This document shows positions 33,034 to 44,075 of a stretch of 64,000 nt of DNA, piece after piece; position 1 is the stretch's first letter; every line of letters starts with the position of its first letter. The stretch lies in NCBI GenBank assembly GCA_000004985.1, contig GG738849.1; one strand, given 5' to 3'. Made by a program: the position numbers and the translations under genes. A model generated the notes under the pieces. It searched no databases. It worked only from the letters and a program-made list of their open reading frames with translations, and was not told where the DNA came from. The DNA is from Naegleria gruberi. Its lineage: Eukaryota.

Positions 33034-36000
33034 ATGATCGAGGAAGACATTTTTGAGGAAATTTCCTTGGTCAATTTGTTGAATGATATTGAGAAGACAA
33101 GGCCTTTGAAGAGGAGTGATCGAATTGGTGCAAATGGACAACAATTAGTAGCTACCACATCTAGATCAAGTTTGCTTATGGAGAAGGAGATAATTCCCCC
33201 TGATATTGTGCCTTCAATGAAGAAGATTCCTGCCGAAAAGCCCTCAAAGGTTGTGAATCCTCTCAAAATCCAAAAGCCTAAAAAGACAAAAATTGTATCT
33301 GGCAGGCAGCAAAACCATCACCAAAAGAACTCTCTTCAACAACAAGGAAAGAAGAATCAAGGCTTGAAAGAAAAAAATGTTAATCTGAAACGAAACTCTT
33401 CAAATGATGATAACAACGGTTGGAAAGGTCAATACGAGAACAATAATAATCATGATGAAAGCTCTCCCACCATTATGGAAGAACAAAATCTTGAAGGAAG
33501 GTTATCTGTATCATTGGTTCATCATCGTTTCAAAAACGTTTTCGGATTTGGTCACTTTAACAAGCTACAGTCAGCCTGTTTTCACAAAATTTATGATTCC
33601 GATGATAATGTTGTAATTTCAGCTCCAACAGGATCAGGAAAGAGTTGTTGTTTGGAATTGGGAATGATTAGAGTATTGGAAAAGTATTATGGAAAAAAGC
33701 AAGAACAAGGAAAACACAAGATTATTTACATTGCGCCAGTGAAGGCTTTGGTGCAAGAGAAGTACAATGAATGGAAGCAAAAGTTTTCCTCTCTCGGGAT
33801 TAATGTTGGAGAGTTGACTGGTGACACTCATCAAGTGACAGCAGAGACTTTGGAACCATTTGATATTATATTAACAACACCAGAGGTATGTTTTCATTGT
33901 GACGATTTATTTCCTTAATTTCTTAGAAATATGATTCTTTGAGTAGAAAATGGAGAGATGACAGTTGTTTGAAATTTGTGAAGTCTACAGAGTTGATTCT
34001 TATTGATGAAGTTCACTTGTTGAATGAGGTGAGTATTTTGAAATACCTTATTGTCATAATATTTTCTATTAGGAAAGAGGAGCTGTTTTAGAGGCAATAG
34101 TATCCCGTATCAAGAGCATTTCCTCAATTCAAAATCATAGCTCACGAATTATTGCTCTATCAGCTACAATTCCAAACATTGAGGATGTAGCCACTTGGTT
34201 GGATGTCTCACAATCAAATGTATTGGTATTTGGTGATGAGTATAGACCATCCAAACTTGAATTAAGGTCCATTGGATTTACAAATGATAAGAAGAATTAC
34301 TTTGCCTTTGAGAAAATGTTAGATAAGAAATTATTTGATATTATCAAATCTGAGAGTCACGAGAAACCGACTCTTGTTTTTTGTAGTAGCAGAAATTCCA
34401 CAATGAAGAGTGCTCAACAAATTGTCAACGATTCAAATTCTTGCAAAACCAATTACTTTATCACATCCAATGAACAGAAAGAGAGACTCACTGCAAAGTC
34501 CAAAAATGTTGAAGATCAACAACTCAGAGAAATGATTGTATTTGGAGTTGCCTTTCACTCAGCACAGCTTTCCTCTAACGACCGTAATATTGTAGAGTCA
34601 TTGTTTTCAAATAGGGAGTTGAGTGTAATTTGTACCACCTCCACCCTTAGTCAAGGTCTCAACACCCCAGCATATTTGGTCATTATCAAGGGAACCAAAA
34701 TCTATCAATCTGGAACCGGATATAAGGAATATCCCAGTATGAATGTTCTTCAAATGATTGGTAGAGCAGGAAGAGCTGGTTTTGAGGAGGCTGGTCTTGC
34801 TTTGATTTTAACTGAATCTAATATGGCCGAAACCTATCAGAACCTTGCAAATAACAATTATGTCATTGAGTCTACTCTTCACAAATACATATTCGAACAT
34901 TTAAATGCTGAAATATGCCTACAAAGTGTAAGAGATCTAACCGAATCTACCTATTGGCTTAAATCAACATTTCTCTATGCGAGGTAAGTAATTTCAATTT
35001 TGAGTACATTCCAACTTTTTGATAAGATTGCAGAAAAACCCAGAATATTACGGGCTCACAACTTCAGAAGACCTTGAGAAGAAAGTGGAAGAAATTCTCG
35101 AGAAGAGAATCACAGAGCTTGGTGATAATCAAATAATTAACATTGATGGAACCCTAATCAAACCAACTCCTCTTGGTCAAGTAATGTCAAGACTGTACAT
35201 TCAATACAAAACCATGTTGCTCTTACTGAGCTCTATTGGAAGTAAGATGAATGAAAAGAAAATTCTCCAACTTGCTTGCACTGCTGAGGAATTTGCAGAA
35301 TATGCCATTCGGCAAGGTGAAAAAGGAGTACTCATATCATTGAATCAAAATGAAAAGATCAAATATCCATTGAAGAAAAAGATAGAAATGGCAAGAGAGA
35401 AGGTTTTTGTCCTTGTTCAGAGCGTTCTTGGATCAATTACAATAGAGTCTGTCAGTTTGAGACAACAATCTGTCACCCTTAGATCACCTCTTTCGAGAAT
35501 ATTATCTTGCCTCTTTGAAATTGCAAAGAATTTGGGCTTTGGTGTGACCTGCAGAAATGCATTCAAAATGGCCAGAAAAGTGCAAGTTGGATCTTGGAAT
35601 TCAGGATCTACTCTTCCAACCATTCACTCCAGCCAGTACAAGAATGGTATTTCAGTTCAAATAGATATTGGATCTGTTCATAATGCACTTAATAAGTTTT
35701 CCTTGGTAACTATTGAAACTAAGGAGGGTAAAATTCTGGCCCACAGAAAGGTGTGTGAAAGTGGGAAGACATTTTTCAAGATTGACCCAAAGTCACTCCA
35801 CGGCGATTTCTGTTGTTTTATTTGTAACAGTTATGGTGATGAAAGTCAAACTCAAATTACTATTACTGAAAAACCAACCAATTTTAAACGAAAGTACGAA
35901 GATAATAAGGAAAATGAAATTCCCATCTCCAATCCTCCTAAAAAGAAGAATGCATTTACCAACAATCTTAATGAACTAAAACCCAATGTTGTCAATAAGA

Positions 36001-36320
36001 ATGATTCCAGGACAAAGAATGCTGACAAGAAGATAGAAAAGAAGCAAAGCAATCTGGAATTCACTCCACCAAAGAGAAAACCCCAACAACAACGTAGAGA
36101 AATGTCACCTGAAAAATTCGTGTCACCTATACTTGAGAAGGATCCAGAACAATTCTTTGCTCCTCCAAAATCTTTCCAAAAACCAATGTTGAATGATATT
36201 GATATTACCTTAACACCAATCAAGAAGAATTTTGGAGTTAAAAACAATTTGATCGAATCCATTATGAGATATCAACAAAATTCTGGTGATTACATAAGAT
36301 TTGGAAATATGTTTGAATAA
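33034..36320 (+). CDS. HFM1: Ski2-like DExH-box helicase with a single helicase cassette plus Sec63 domain (HFM1/Mer3-like meiotic crossover helicase; Brr2/ASCC3 family); 4 exons
   Basis: Motifs: FGFGHFNKLQSACF, VISAPTGSGKS (I), YIAPVKALVQEK, LTGDT, ILTTPE, then after a 41-nt intron KWRDDS...LILIDEVHLLNE (II), then after a 44-nt intron RGAVLEAIVSRIK...LSATIPN (III), and VAFHSAQL, MIGRAGRAGF (VI), followed by a Sec63-type region. Exons lie at about 33034..33885, 33927..34028, 34073..34983 and 35027..36320. Introns are 41, 44 and 43 nt, and all phases close. The choice of Mer3/HFM1 over other Brr2-family members rests on the single-cassette architecture. Confidence 0.7.
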
Positions 36321-36321
36321 T

Positions 36322-36855
36322 TTAAAACTTTTTACTCTTTCTCGATGAACCAACTCCTTGTTGTTGATTATAGTTTTGGACTAAATTACGTACAGATACA
36401 GCAAAATTCAGAGAATCAATTTTCTCTCCAAATGTATAAAAAGGATTACAAATACAATCAATATATAAAGAATGAAGTTGTTGGAATAATGATTTGATTT
36501 CCGAATCTCTGTCCGATTGTTGATATTCGTCTCCTGCAATTATTAATAATAATTTAACATCACTGTTCGTTATATATCCATAAACTTTGTAAATTTCAGT
36601 TGGGAAAAGAAGACCCAAATACATGTCATTTTGACTAACATTTGTTGTTGTTTTACGATTGCTGATCTTTTCTTCAACAATATCCAAAGCTGTGTGAGCA
36701 ATGTAGTGATACTTGAGAGGTTCTTCAGCCTCTGCTGTTTTATAAACTTTAAGAAATAGTGGATTATTCTATTATTATTATTAATTATTAATTATTTAAA
36801 TAGATAAATATTAATTTCATAATTTTCCAACGTTGATGATTGTTAATATTATCAA
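36322..36855 (-). CDS. TRAPPC2L: TRAPP complex subunit 2-like (TRAPPC2L/Tca17, sedlin family)
   Basis: The minus-strand exon reads NNPLFLKVYKTAEAEEPLKYHYIAHTALDIVEEKIS...YLGLLFPTEIYKVYGYITNSDVKLLLII...LHSLYIDCICNPFY, matching human TRAPPC2L ([33 protein letters not shown]...[24 protein letters not shown]...NPFY). A 5' exon fragment (IILTIIN) lies upstream of an intron at about 36769..36831 (63 nt, weak GTTGGA donor). No in-frame ATG was found, so the start is unresolved. Confidence 0.7.
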
Positions 36856-37036
36856 TGATGATGGTGTAAAATTCCGCACAAGTTGTGAATCACATTAAAT
36901 ATATTGATCAACATTTAAGTTTGATCACACTCATAAAATCATAATTTCTTCCACATACCTTCTTGCCAATGATTGACAAACAACAAATACAAGACATTTT
37001 ATAATTTATTAAAAATAATATTAATATCGTTGGAAA

Positions 37037-37513
37037 ATGCTCAAAAATCTAATTGTTCGTTCTTCATCATCAAAGCCATCATCAATACTCTGTAAATATC
37101 ATCTCTCCAACTCTTTCCTCCAAATCAATAATAGCAAATCAATTCAAATGAGAAAAATACATAAATACACTGATGAAGAATTGAAGGTAGAATTGGCCAA
37201 AATACCATCATGGGAACTTCATCAAGAGACTAATAGAAATGTGATCCGAAAGAATTTCGTTTTTAAAGATTTTAAACAAGCTTGGGCTTTTATGAATAAA
37301 GTAGCCGAGAAGGCTGATCAGGTAAGTAATAATATCCTAACAAGAATGAATTCTAATTCTTCTTCATAATAGGCCGATCATCACCCAGAGTGGTTCAATG
37401 TTTATAACAAAGTCAATATTGTCCTTTCTACTCACGATTGTGGAGGCTTATCACAACGAGATGTTGATCTTGCCTTGTTTATTGATTCTGTAGCCACCAA
37501 CTCTAAACAATAA
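37037..37513 (+). CDS. PCBD: pterin-4-alpha-carbinolamine dehydratase (PCD/DCoH); 2 exons
   Basis: Exon 1 is 37037..37321 and exon 2 is 37373..37513, separated by a 51-nt intron (GTAAGT...TAG). Exon 2 encodes [38 protein letters not shown], the conserved PCD core (E/D-HHP-EW-x-N-VY-N). The N-terminus is S-rich and presequence-like. Confidence 0.85.
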
Positions 37514-37654
37514 ATTCCTTCCTCCAATTCCTCTTATACTTGTCTCACCTTGTTATTGTGTTCTCGTCTTTATCAAACATCACCTCTCTTGCATCACAAC
37601 CAAAACAATTTAATAAATAAATTTTCATCACCATTAGAATTAAAAAATCAAAAA

Positions 37655-40600
37655 ATGAAGTTGGAAGCACTGCTGAGTGTGGATTTACCATCAGACAAAC
37701 AAATCAGCAAACTCAGATCGGTTAGTTTCCATCCAACACAAAACAAAATTGCTATTGGATTTAGAAAGGAAATTTATGGTATGTAATTTGTGGATGTGAG
37801 GATGAAGAATGTGATTTCAATATTAATTGTCTATGTTGTTGTTGAAAAAAGAGTATGATCTTGGAACAGGGTCTAGGACTGCTCACTTTAAAACAGAGAG
37901 TGAGGTAACACATATTGCTCACTCTAATACTCATCCGGCAATTGTTTCTGCATTACAAAATGGATGTTTTAGTGTTCTTGATCTAAATACAAATACACTG
38001 ACTGCTTTCCATATTCCTGTCCGAAGAGAGGAAGCAAGAAGTGCATCATTCTTTGCCCTGTCCAATAAGAGACCAATGATTTTCTATGCAAGAACTCCTT
38101 CAAAATTATCACGTGAAAGAACCAATATTGTTTTTGGTATTGAAATGTTTTCCGATTCAAAACATAGAGTTGAGTATAGTCATAAGAAACAAATCACAGC
38201 AATTACTACACATCCTTGTAAATCTTTGATGGCATCAGCAAGTCAAGATGGTGTTATTAAAGTATGGGAGACTGAACAACATAATTTATTATTTCAAATT
38301 GATGGTAAGTTTTTATTATTGATGATTTTAGGATTGAATTTGTGATAATATAGAATTTGAAGCAAACAAAAAGGAAAGAGAAGCTGTTACTAGCTTGTGT
38401 TTTTATAATAGTGGAAGAATAGTGATTATGACATTTTAATTTCTGGAACAAGAGAAGGATCAATCAAAGTATGGTATTTACCAAGTACAACATCACCTCA
38501 ACAACCACGTGTTGTTGGTTATGTCACTACTGATGAATGGATCACATCAATTTTAATCCATCCAAATTTACCATGTCTTTTCTATTTGAACGCTAAAGGA
38601 TGTTTAAATTCTATTGACATTGGATCAATTATTTATTCAACAACTGGTGGACCAAAGATGAAGACATTATTGACAGAATTTGAAATGTTAGATCCATACT
38701 ATGTTGCTTTGCACAGAACAAAGGATACCAAAAAGAGATTAATTCCTATCATTAATGCTACAATCCATCCAAAGACTGGTAATATTGCATTTTACGTAAG
38801 TTTCTTTTTTAAACATTTGTTGTTTATTATTATATTCATAACAAATCAAATAGGGCAAAAATTTCCAAATTTCTGAACTAAATGCAAGAGTCATCAAAGG
38901 AACTATTGTTGCTGATAGATTCCCAATATTTTCTGCTTTTGATTTTGGAAATCCTGGAAGCATGTTACCACATCCTTCTGTTATTAATTCCAATCTCGAA
39001 ATGTTATTGTCCTCTAAAAAACAACAAACCTCTAACGAACTTGTTGCCAATGTGGACTCTTTGGATTATCAAATACCCTTCAATACTATTCCTTATGTTG
39101 ACAGTAGATCTAGACCTCCTCACAATACAGTTTTGTCTTTTGATTTGAAGAAGGAAGTTGCTCAAGTACTTGTTGGATCTTTGAGAGCTACACAAGATTT
39201 GTATCCCTTTTATAGATGCACCAAATCTAATTTCAGTCCTAATAGAAAATCAGTATTGATGTTCTATGAAAAATTACTCAACTCTTCAAATACTTATGAG
39301 AGTGATAACTCTAAATTTTTCTTCTCCAAAGTAGATGATATTTACTCGGGAGGCAAGGATAAAGTCGTATTGCAACTTCAAAAGGGTATTGATGGAGGAT
39401 TTTTGGGAGATTCTAACAAGGATTATGTTGTCCTTTCAGAAGGAGGTGATGTTCTCAAGGTTTACACAAACAATGAGCTTCAAAGTGATATCAAATTGAA
39501 CCGTAAAGTCAAGTCATTATCAACTTGTCCATTCGATAGATCAATTATTTACTGTACAGCCAATAACGAATTAAGTTTAGCCACCTCTATTGAAGACAAG
39601 ACAGAAAACAGACTCCAAATTGACAATAACAAAATTTTCCACCTCAGAGGAAACGAAACACTTATTGATATTCAATGGCAAAGAGAACCATTGTGTAATG
39701 AGGCCTGTTTAGTTGGTGTAATTACTTCTAGAAGAGTTATCATCCTTTCCAAAAATATGGATATGCTTTCATCTGTTGAAGCTTCCAGCCAAATTTCATT
39801 CCAATTCCAATCTATTCTCTGGGTAGGAACAGTACTCCTCTACAATTCTAAAAACTTTATTCACTGTCTTCATCCATATGGATCTACCAATAATTCTAGT
39901 GCCTACATTGGTACATTGGATCATTCTGAATCAGTGTTGTGCGCCACTTTATGTGACAGAGTTTACTTTGTCTCACACAAAGATAGAACCCCAACAATTT
40001 CCTATCGTTATTTGAACATTGTAGAACCTTTGCTTTTGGGTATTTTATCAATTCCAAAAGAAAAGCTTTCTGATGAACAAAGAGGCGATCTTTTAAGAAA
40101 GGTTACCGAAAGATTTGATTGTAGAAATGTTTCTGAAAAAACCTTGTACTTTTTGGAGAGACAAGGTTTCCCTCACTTAGCATCCGAGCTTGTTACAAAC
40201 AGTTTGTTTAACTTTTCATGGGAGTTGAGATTAAGATTGGCTAAGAGTTCAATGAACTTTTCTTATGCCTTGAAGGTTTTGGTTTCTCAATATGAAGAAG
40301 AGTCTCATGATCGTACTGGATTTATTTCTAAGAATTCAAAGTTCTACACACATTTTGTAGATCTTGCCAAATCTTCTTTAGAATATGGTCAATTTTCTGT
40401 TGCTCTCAAATGTTTTGATATGATCAATGATGTTTGGGGATTATTTAATTTATTCACAACTACAAATAATGCCAATGGCTTGAAGCTATTAGCACTTAGA
40501 TGTAGAGATTCACCTGATTTTTATTCAATTTATACAGCTTGTGCTCTATTGATTGGACCTGAAGTGATTGAAGATTTCATAAGAAGTTATGATATCACCA

Positions 40601-42054
40601 TTAATTCTATGGATGTAAATGTTGATGATTGGCCATTTAAGGTTACAGATGTTAAGGAATACGAAGTTAGTACTGAAATTAAGGGAAGAATGCTCGTTGG
40701 TGAAAGAAAGGTTACTGATCAACTCAACTCTGGTAGAGATGCAAGTCTTACTACTCCACCATCTCTGGGAGGTATGCCATCTTCTGAAGAGGAAATTTCC
40801 AAGATGGACATGACTGATTTCCTTAAATGGTTGGGTTATGGAACCATGTCAGTTGGAAAGGAAAATCTTGAAGAGGTTGGTTTCAAGGATGACTTTGGTG
40901 GTCAAGGAGGATCAGCATCAATTGAAGAAGATGAGCCAGCAGGTAAATCAACAAGTAAATTGCCACCACTACCACACAAGTTGCAAGCTCCACCTTCCTT
41001 GGATGTACCAAACGGTTCAACTACATCAGCTACAGAAGCATCAGAGAAGGATGATGATGAAACTAGTGAAATGACATCCACAAAAGATCAAAAATCAAAG
41101 AGAAAGGGTGACAGTGATTCTGATGATAGCGATTCTGATGATGAGGAAGAAGATAAAAGGACCAAGGCATTCCAAGGTCTTAAGATTAAGGAAGAAGTTA
41201 TCTACAAGGATGCTTCAGCCACCGATATTAGAGATTCCATGTCAGGACTTGGTGGATTGGGAGGAGCCAGTAGTAGTCGTAATAGAAGAAGAAGAGGTGT
41301 CACTACAATCAACAACAAGCAAGAGTCAGCCAATGATTCTACCCAAGAATCACCAACACCTTCTACACCATCCAGTCAAAGCAATGAAGACGACGGACCT
41401 AAGCTTGTTAATATTAATCCAACTCAATGCTTGAAGGATGGTATGACAGCTATGGAAAAAGGTGACTTTAAGGAAGCAAGAAATCAAATTGTTTCTGCTA
41501 TTTCAGCTCTAGTTAAGGATAGTACTCAAATCCTTAAGAAGAATAGTATTATTCTTTGTGTAAATTACAAATTATTGATTCACTTGTTAGCCAGAATAAG
41601 AACAGTAGAAAATCAAGCCGATGCCAAAGAACTCGCCAGATTGGCAACATTTATTTGTCAAATCAATGTAATTAATAAGCATAAGATTGTCTGTTACAAT
41701 ATGGGTATCAAGAGAAATATGAATGCTGCCAACTATGGTATCACTAGCTCGATTATCAAGCAATTTATTCCACTCACCGAAAGTATTCCAAAAGTGAAGG
41801 AAGAACTTCAAAAGAGATATCAAGAATGTTCTGAAAAGGGATTCTCTAATGCTGATGCACAATTGGCACAACTTTTCTCAGAGGCAACAGAAGAAAAACC
41901 ATTGAAATTCTGTTGGAAGACTTATCAAGTTATTTCATCACGACACTTGAAGTGTTCATATTGCTCAAGTTTAGGATGTATTTCTGATACTTGTGCAGAA
42001 GATAGTGTTTGTTCATATTGTACATATGGTAATATGGAGCTTGTAGAAGAATAA
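37655..42054 (+). CDS. large protein of about 1,400 aa: N-terminal WD40 beta-propeller(s), then alpha-solenoid, then an acidic/Ser-rich linker and a C-terminal Cys-rich zinc-binding motif (protocoatomer-like; GATOR2/HOPS-CORVET-type architecture)
   Basis: Exons lie at about 37655..37778, 37852..38304, 38354.., ..38795 and 38854..42054. Introns are 37779..37851 (73 nt), 38305..38353 (49 nt) and 38796..38853 (58 nt). One more junction near 38410-38455 is unresolved. WD-repeat endings occur (ASASQDGVIKVWE, DYDILISGTREGSIKVW). A 1,030-codon terminal exon ends ...CSYCSSLGCISDTCAEDSVCSYCTYG. I cannot name the ortholog. Confidence 0.6.
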
Positions 42055-42072
42055 TTTATAAATTATAACGTT

Positions 42073-43911
42073 TTATACATTGCTATCTCTTATCAAACTC
42101 ATTTTCTTCAATAGTTCACACTCAAACCAATACCTTGTTCTAAGGTAGAACATGTATCGGATATCTAACCATTTCCAATCACAATATCTGTGAATGATTA
42201 CTACATTGTCAGAATATCTTTGATCATTTTTTGCATACTTTTTAAATTGAGAGTATGACAAATTAACAAATGGTGAAAGATTGTGCTCAAGATCCATGGC
42301 ATGTTGGAACATTTCATCCACTCGATCAATTTCCATAGTTTCTTCCAATCTTTCTCTAATTTCATCCTCAGAGGTTGCAGGTGGTCTGTTGATAGTTTTG
42401 GATTCGAAAAAATTGGCTATCCATCCAATAGTTCTAATTGACATTTCCACCTCAAAATCTCTTTTTGGTATAATTAATGCATTTCTCTGACTGTTCAATA
42501 AATATTCAGCACGAGCTTGGTCGCTCACAATAATTTCATTAAATGCCACTCTTACTCTTGCAAAGCAATATCCAATAATTATGCAAATGAAAACCAATGC
42601 AAAAATAGTTAGCTCAGAATAAAATCCATTATTATATTCAATGGATGGAATAAATGCTTTCAAAACTGCTAGCATGGATGTTATGGACAAAATAAATAAA
42701 GAACTGAATATCATTATACAGGCAACAATATTCATAGCCGTCTTGTACCACGAGACAAAAAGTATGCTCACCGACAATACTATCAAGACAAGGAAAAAGT
42801 CCACAAACATTGCAATGACAATCATAATAGGGTGAGTAAACATGCTATGAACAAAGCATGAAACAAAACATGAAAAGTATAAAATCATATCCAATCTCGA
42901 GTTACTCTTTGCACACATGTTTCCCAGATCAAATCTCCACTCGTAACAATGTATCAGATAAACATATGAAACAATCATGAATGGAAAGACCAATAATAAG
43001 CTTGGAATTAATATAAATACATTTAGAGATTGGATTGAATTGAAAAATCCAAGACTCACTGGAATAACCATTGCAGGTAATAATTCCACTAAATTAAATA
43101 ATAACCAAAAAGCCACAACTCTCTTCCTTTCATTTCTTTGTTTGAATATAATCATCTGAGGATGATCTTGAATATTTTCATAAGAATCCACTTCTCTGGT
43201 TCCTTTCAAAAATTGATATGATTTCCAAGATTTGTAAAAGCAAAAACCAGTCAAAATTAACAGTGTCAGAGTAACAAATGTTGCAAATAGGAATGGTACT
43301 AAAAGTGTTCCCACAAAATCCGAGTCATCATCCCACAAATAAGAAATCTTTAAATTTCCAATCACTGACAGGTATTTGAAATATTTTACATTTGATCGAT
43401 GCCATGGCAGATGAAAATCCGTGAACAATGTAATCCACTGAGCCAGTAATATAAAATGGCACACCAATGACACCATTCCCTTATTTGAATGTTTGAAAAT
43501 CTTGCCAAATAATCGTTCTTTCAAAGAAGACACGTTTCGTTTCGAGTGTGTTGATGGAGTTGGCATCTTTTCCAAATCATCATCATTTCCAAAATACAAA
43601 TACAATTCATAAAAGAAGTAATACAATCCCTTTTCTCTATCCTTCAAAGATAATTGTGGATATAATTTCTCATAACAAACATCATGATCAGACAATACAC
43701 TTGCCGATGATACAATATTAGGAATTATTCTCGTGGTTGTTGTTGTTGTTGTAGATATTTGTTGTTGTTGCTGCTGATGATTATCTCCTCCTCCATTGGA
43801 TACGATCAAACGAGTAGCCATCTGTTGTTGCTGTTGTGTGTTACTATTGCTATTCATCATCTGGGTCGCAGATAAATATTGTTGCTCCTCCTGTGGATGA
43901 TTCGTAGACAT
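42073..43911 (-). CDS. multi-pass membrane protein (612 aa) with poly-Q/poly-T N-terminal tail
   Basis: Single ORF. The N-terminus reads MSTNHPQEEQQ...QQQQQMATRLIVSNGGGDNHQQQQQQISTTTTTTT. At least 8 hydrophobic segments of about 20 aa follow. Family not recognised. Confidence 0.55.
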   Translation of the reverse strand: MSTNHPQEEQQYLSATQMMNSNSNTQQQQQMATRLIVSNGGGDNHQQQQQQISTTTTTTTRIIPNIVSSASVLSDHDVCYEKLYPQLSLKDREKGLYYFFYELYLYFGNDDDLEKMPTPSTHSKRNVSSLKERLFGKIFKHSNKGMVSLVCHFILLAQWITLFTDFHLPWHRSNVKYFKYLSVIGNLKISYLWDDDSDFVGTLLVPFLFATFVTLTLLILTGFCFYKSWKSYQFLKGTREVDSYENIQDHPQMIIFKQRNERKRVVAFWLLFNLVELLPAMVIPVSLGFFNSIQSLNVFILIPSLLLVFPFMIVSYVYLIHCYEWRFDLGNMCAKSNSRLDMILYFSCFVSCFVHSMFTHPIMIVIAMFVDFFLVLIVLSVSILFVSWYKTAMNIVACIMIFSSLFILSITSMLAVLKAFIPSIEYNNGFYSELTIFALVFICIIIGYCFARVRVAFNEIIVSDQARAEYLLNSQRNALIIPKRDFEVEMSIRTIGWIANFFESKTINRPPATSEDEIRERLEETMEIDRVDEMFQHAMDLEHNLSPFVNLSYSQFKKYAKNDQRYSDNVVIIHRYCDWKWLDIRYMFYLRTRYWFECELLKKMSLIRDSNV

Positions 43912-44075
43912 TTTTTCTTGGAGAGTTTTTGGAAAGGCGCCACATTACAATTCAATAAACAAATAAATTGGTTGTGAATATTGGAATATTGATAAATGTA
44001 GGCAAGAAAGACTGTAATGAAGGGAACATTTGAGGTAATAATCAGCAATAGAGTCATGACGATGAGAGAGTGAAT

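Noticed and set aside
37037-42054. Naming the large WD40/alpha-solenoid protein as a specific GATOR2 subunit (MIOS, WDR24 or WDR59), or naming the 856-aa coiled-coil/HEAT protein as ATRIP
   Set aside because: Only architecture-level resemblance could be judged by eye, with no diagnostic motif. Left as unassigned with the hypothesis recorded.
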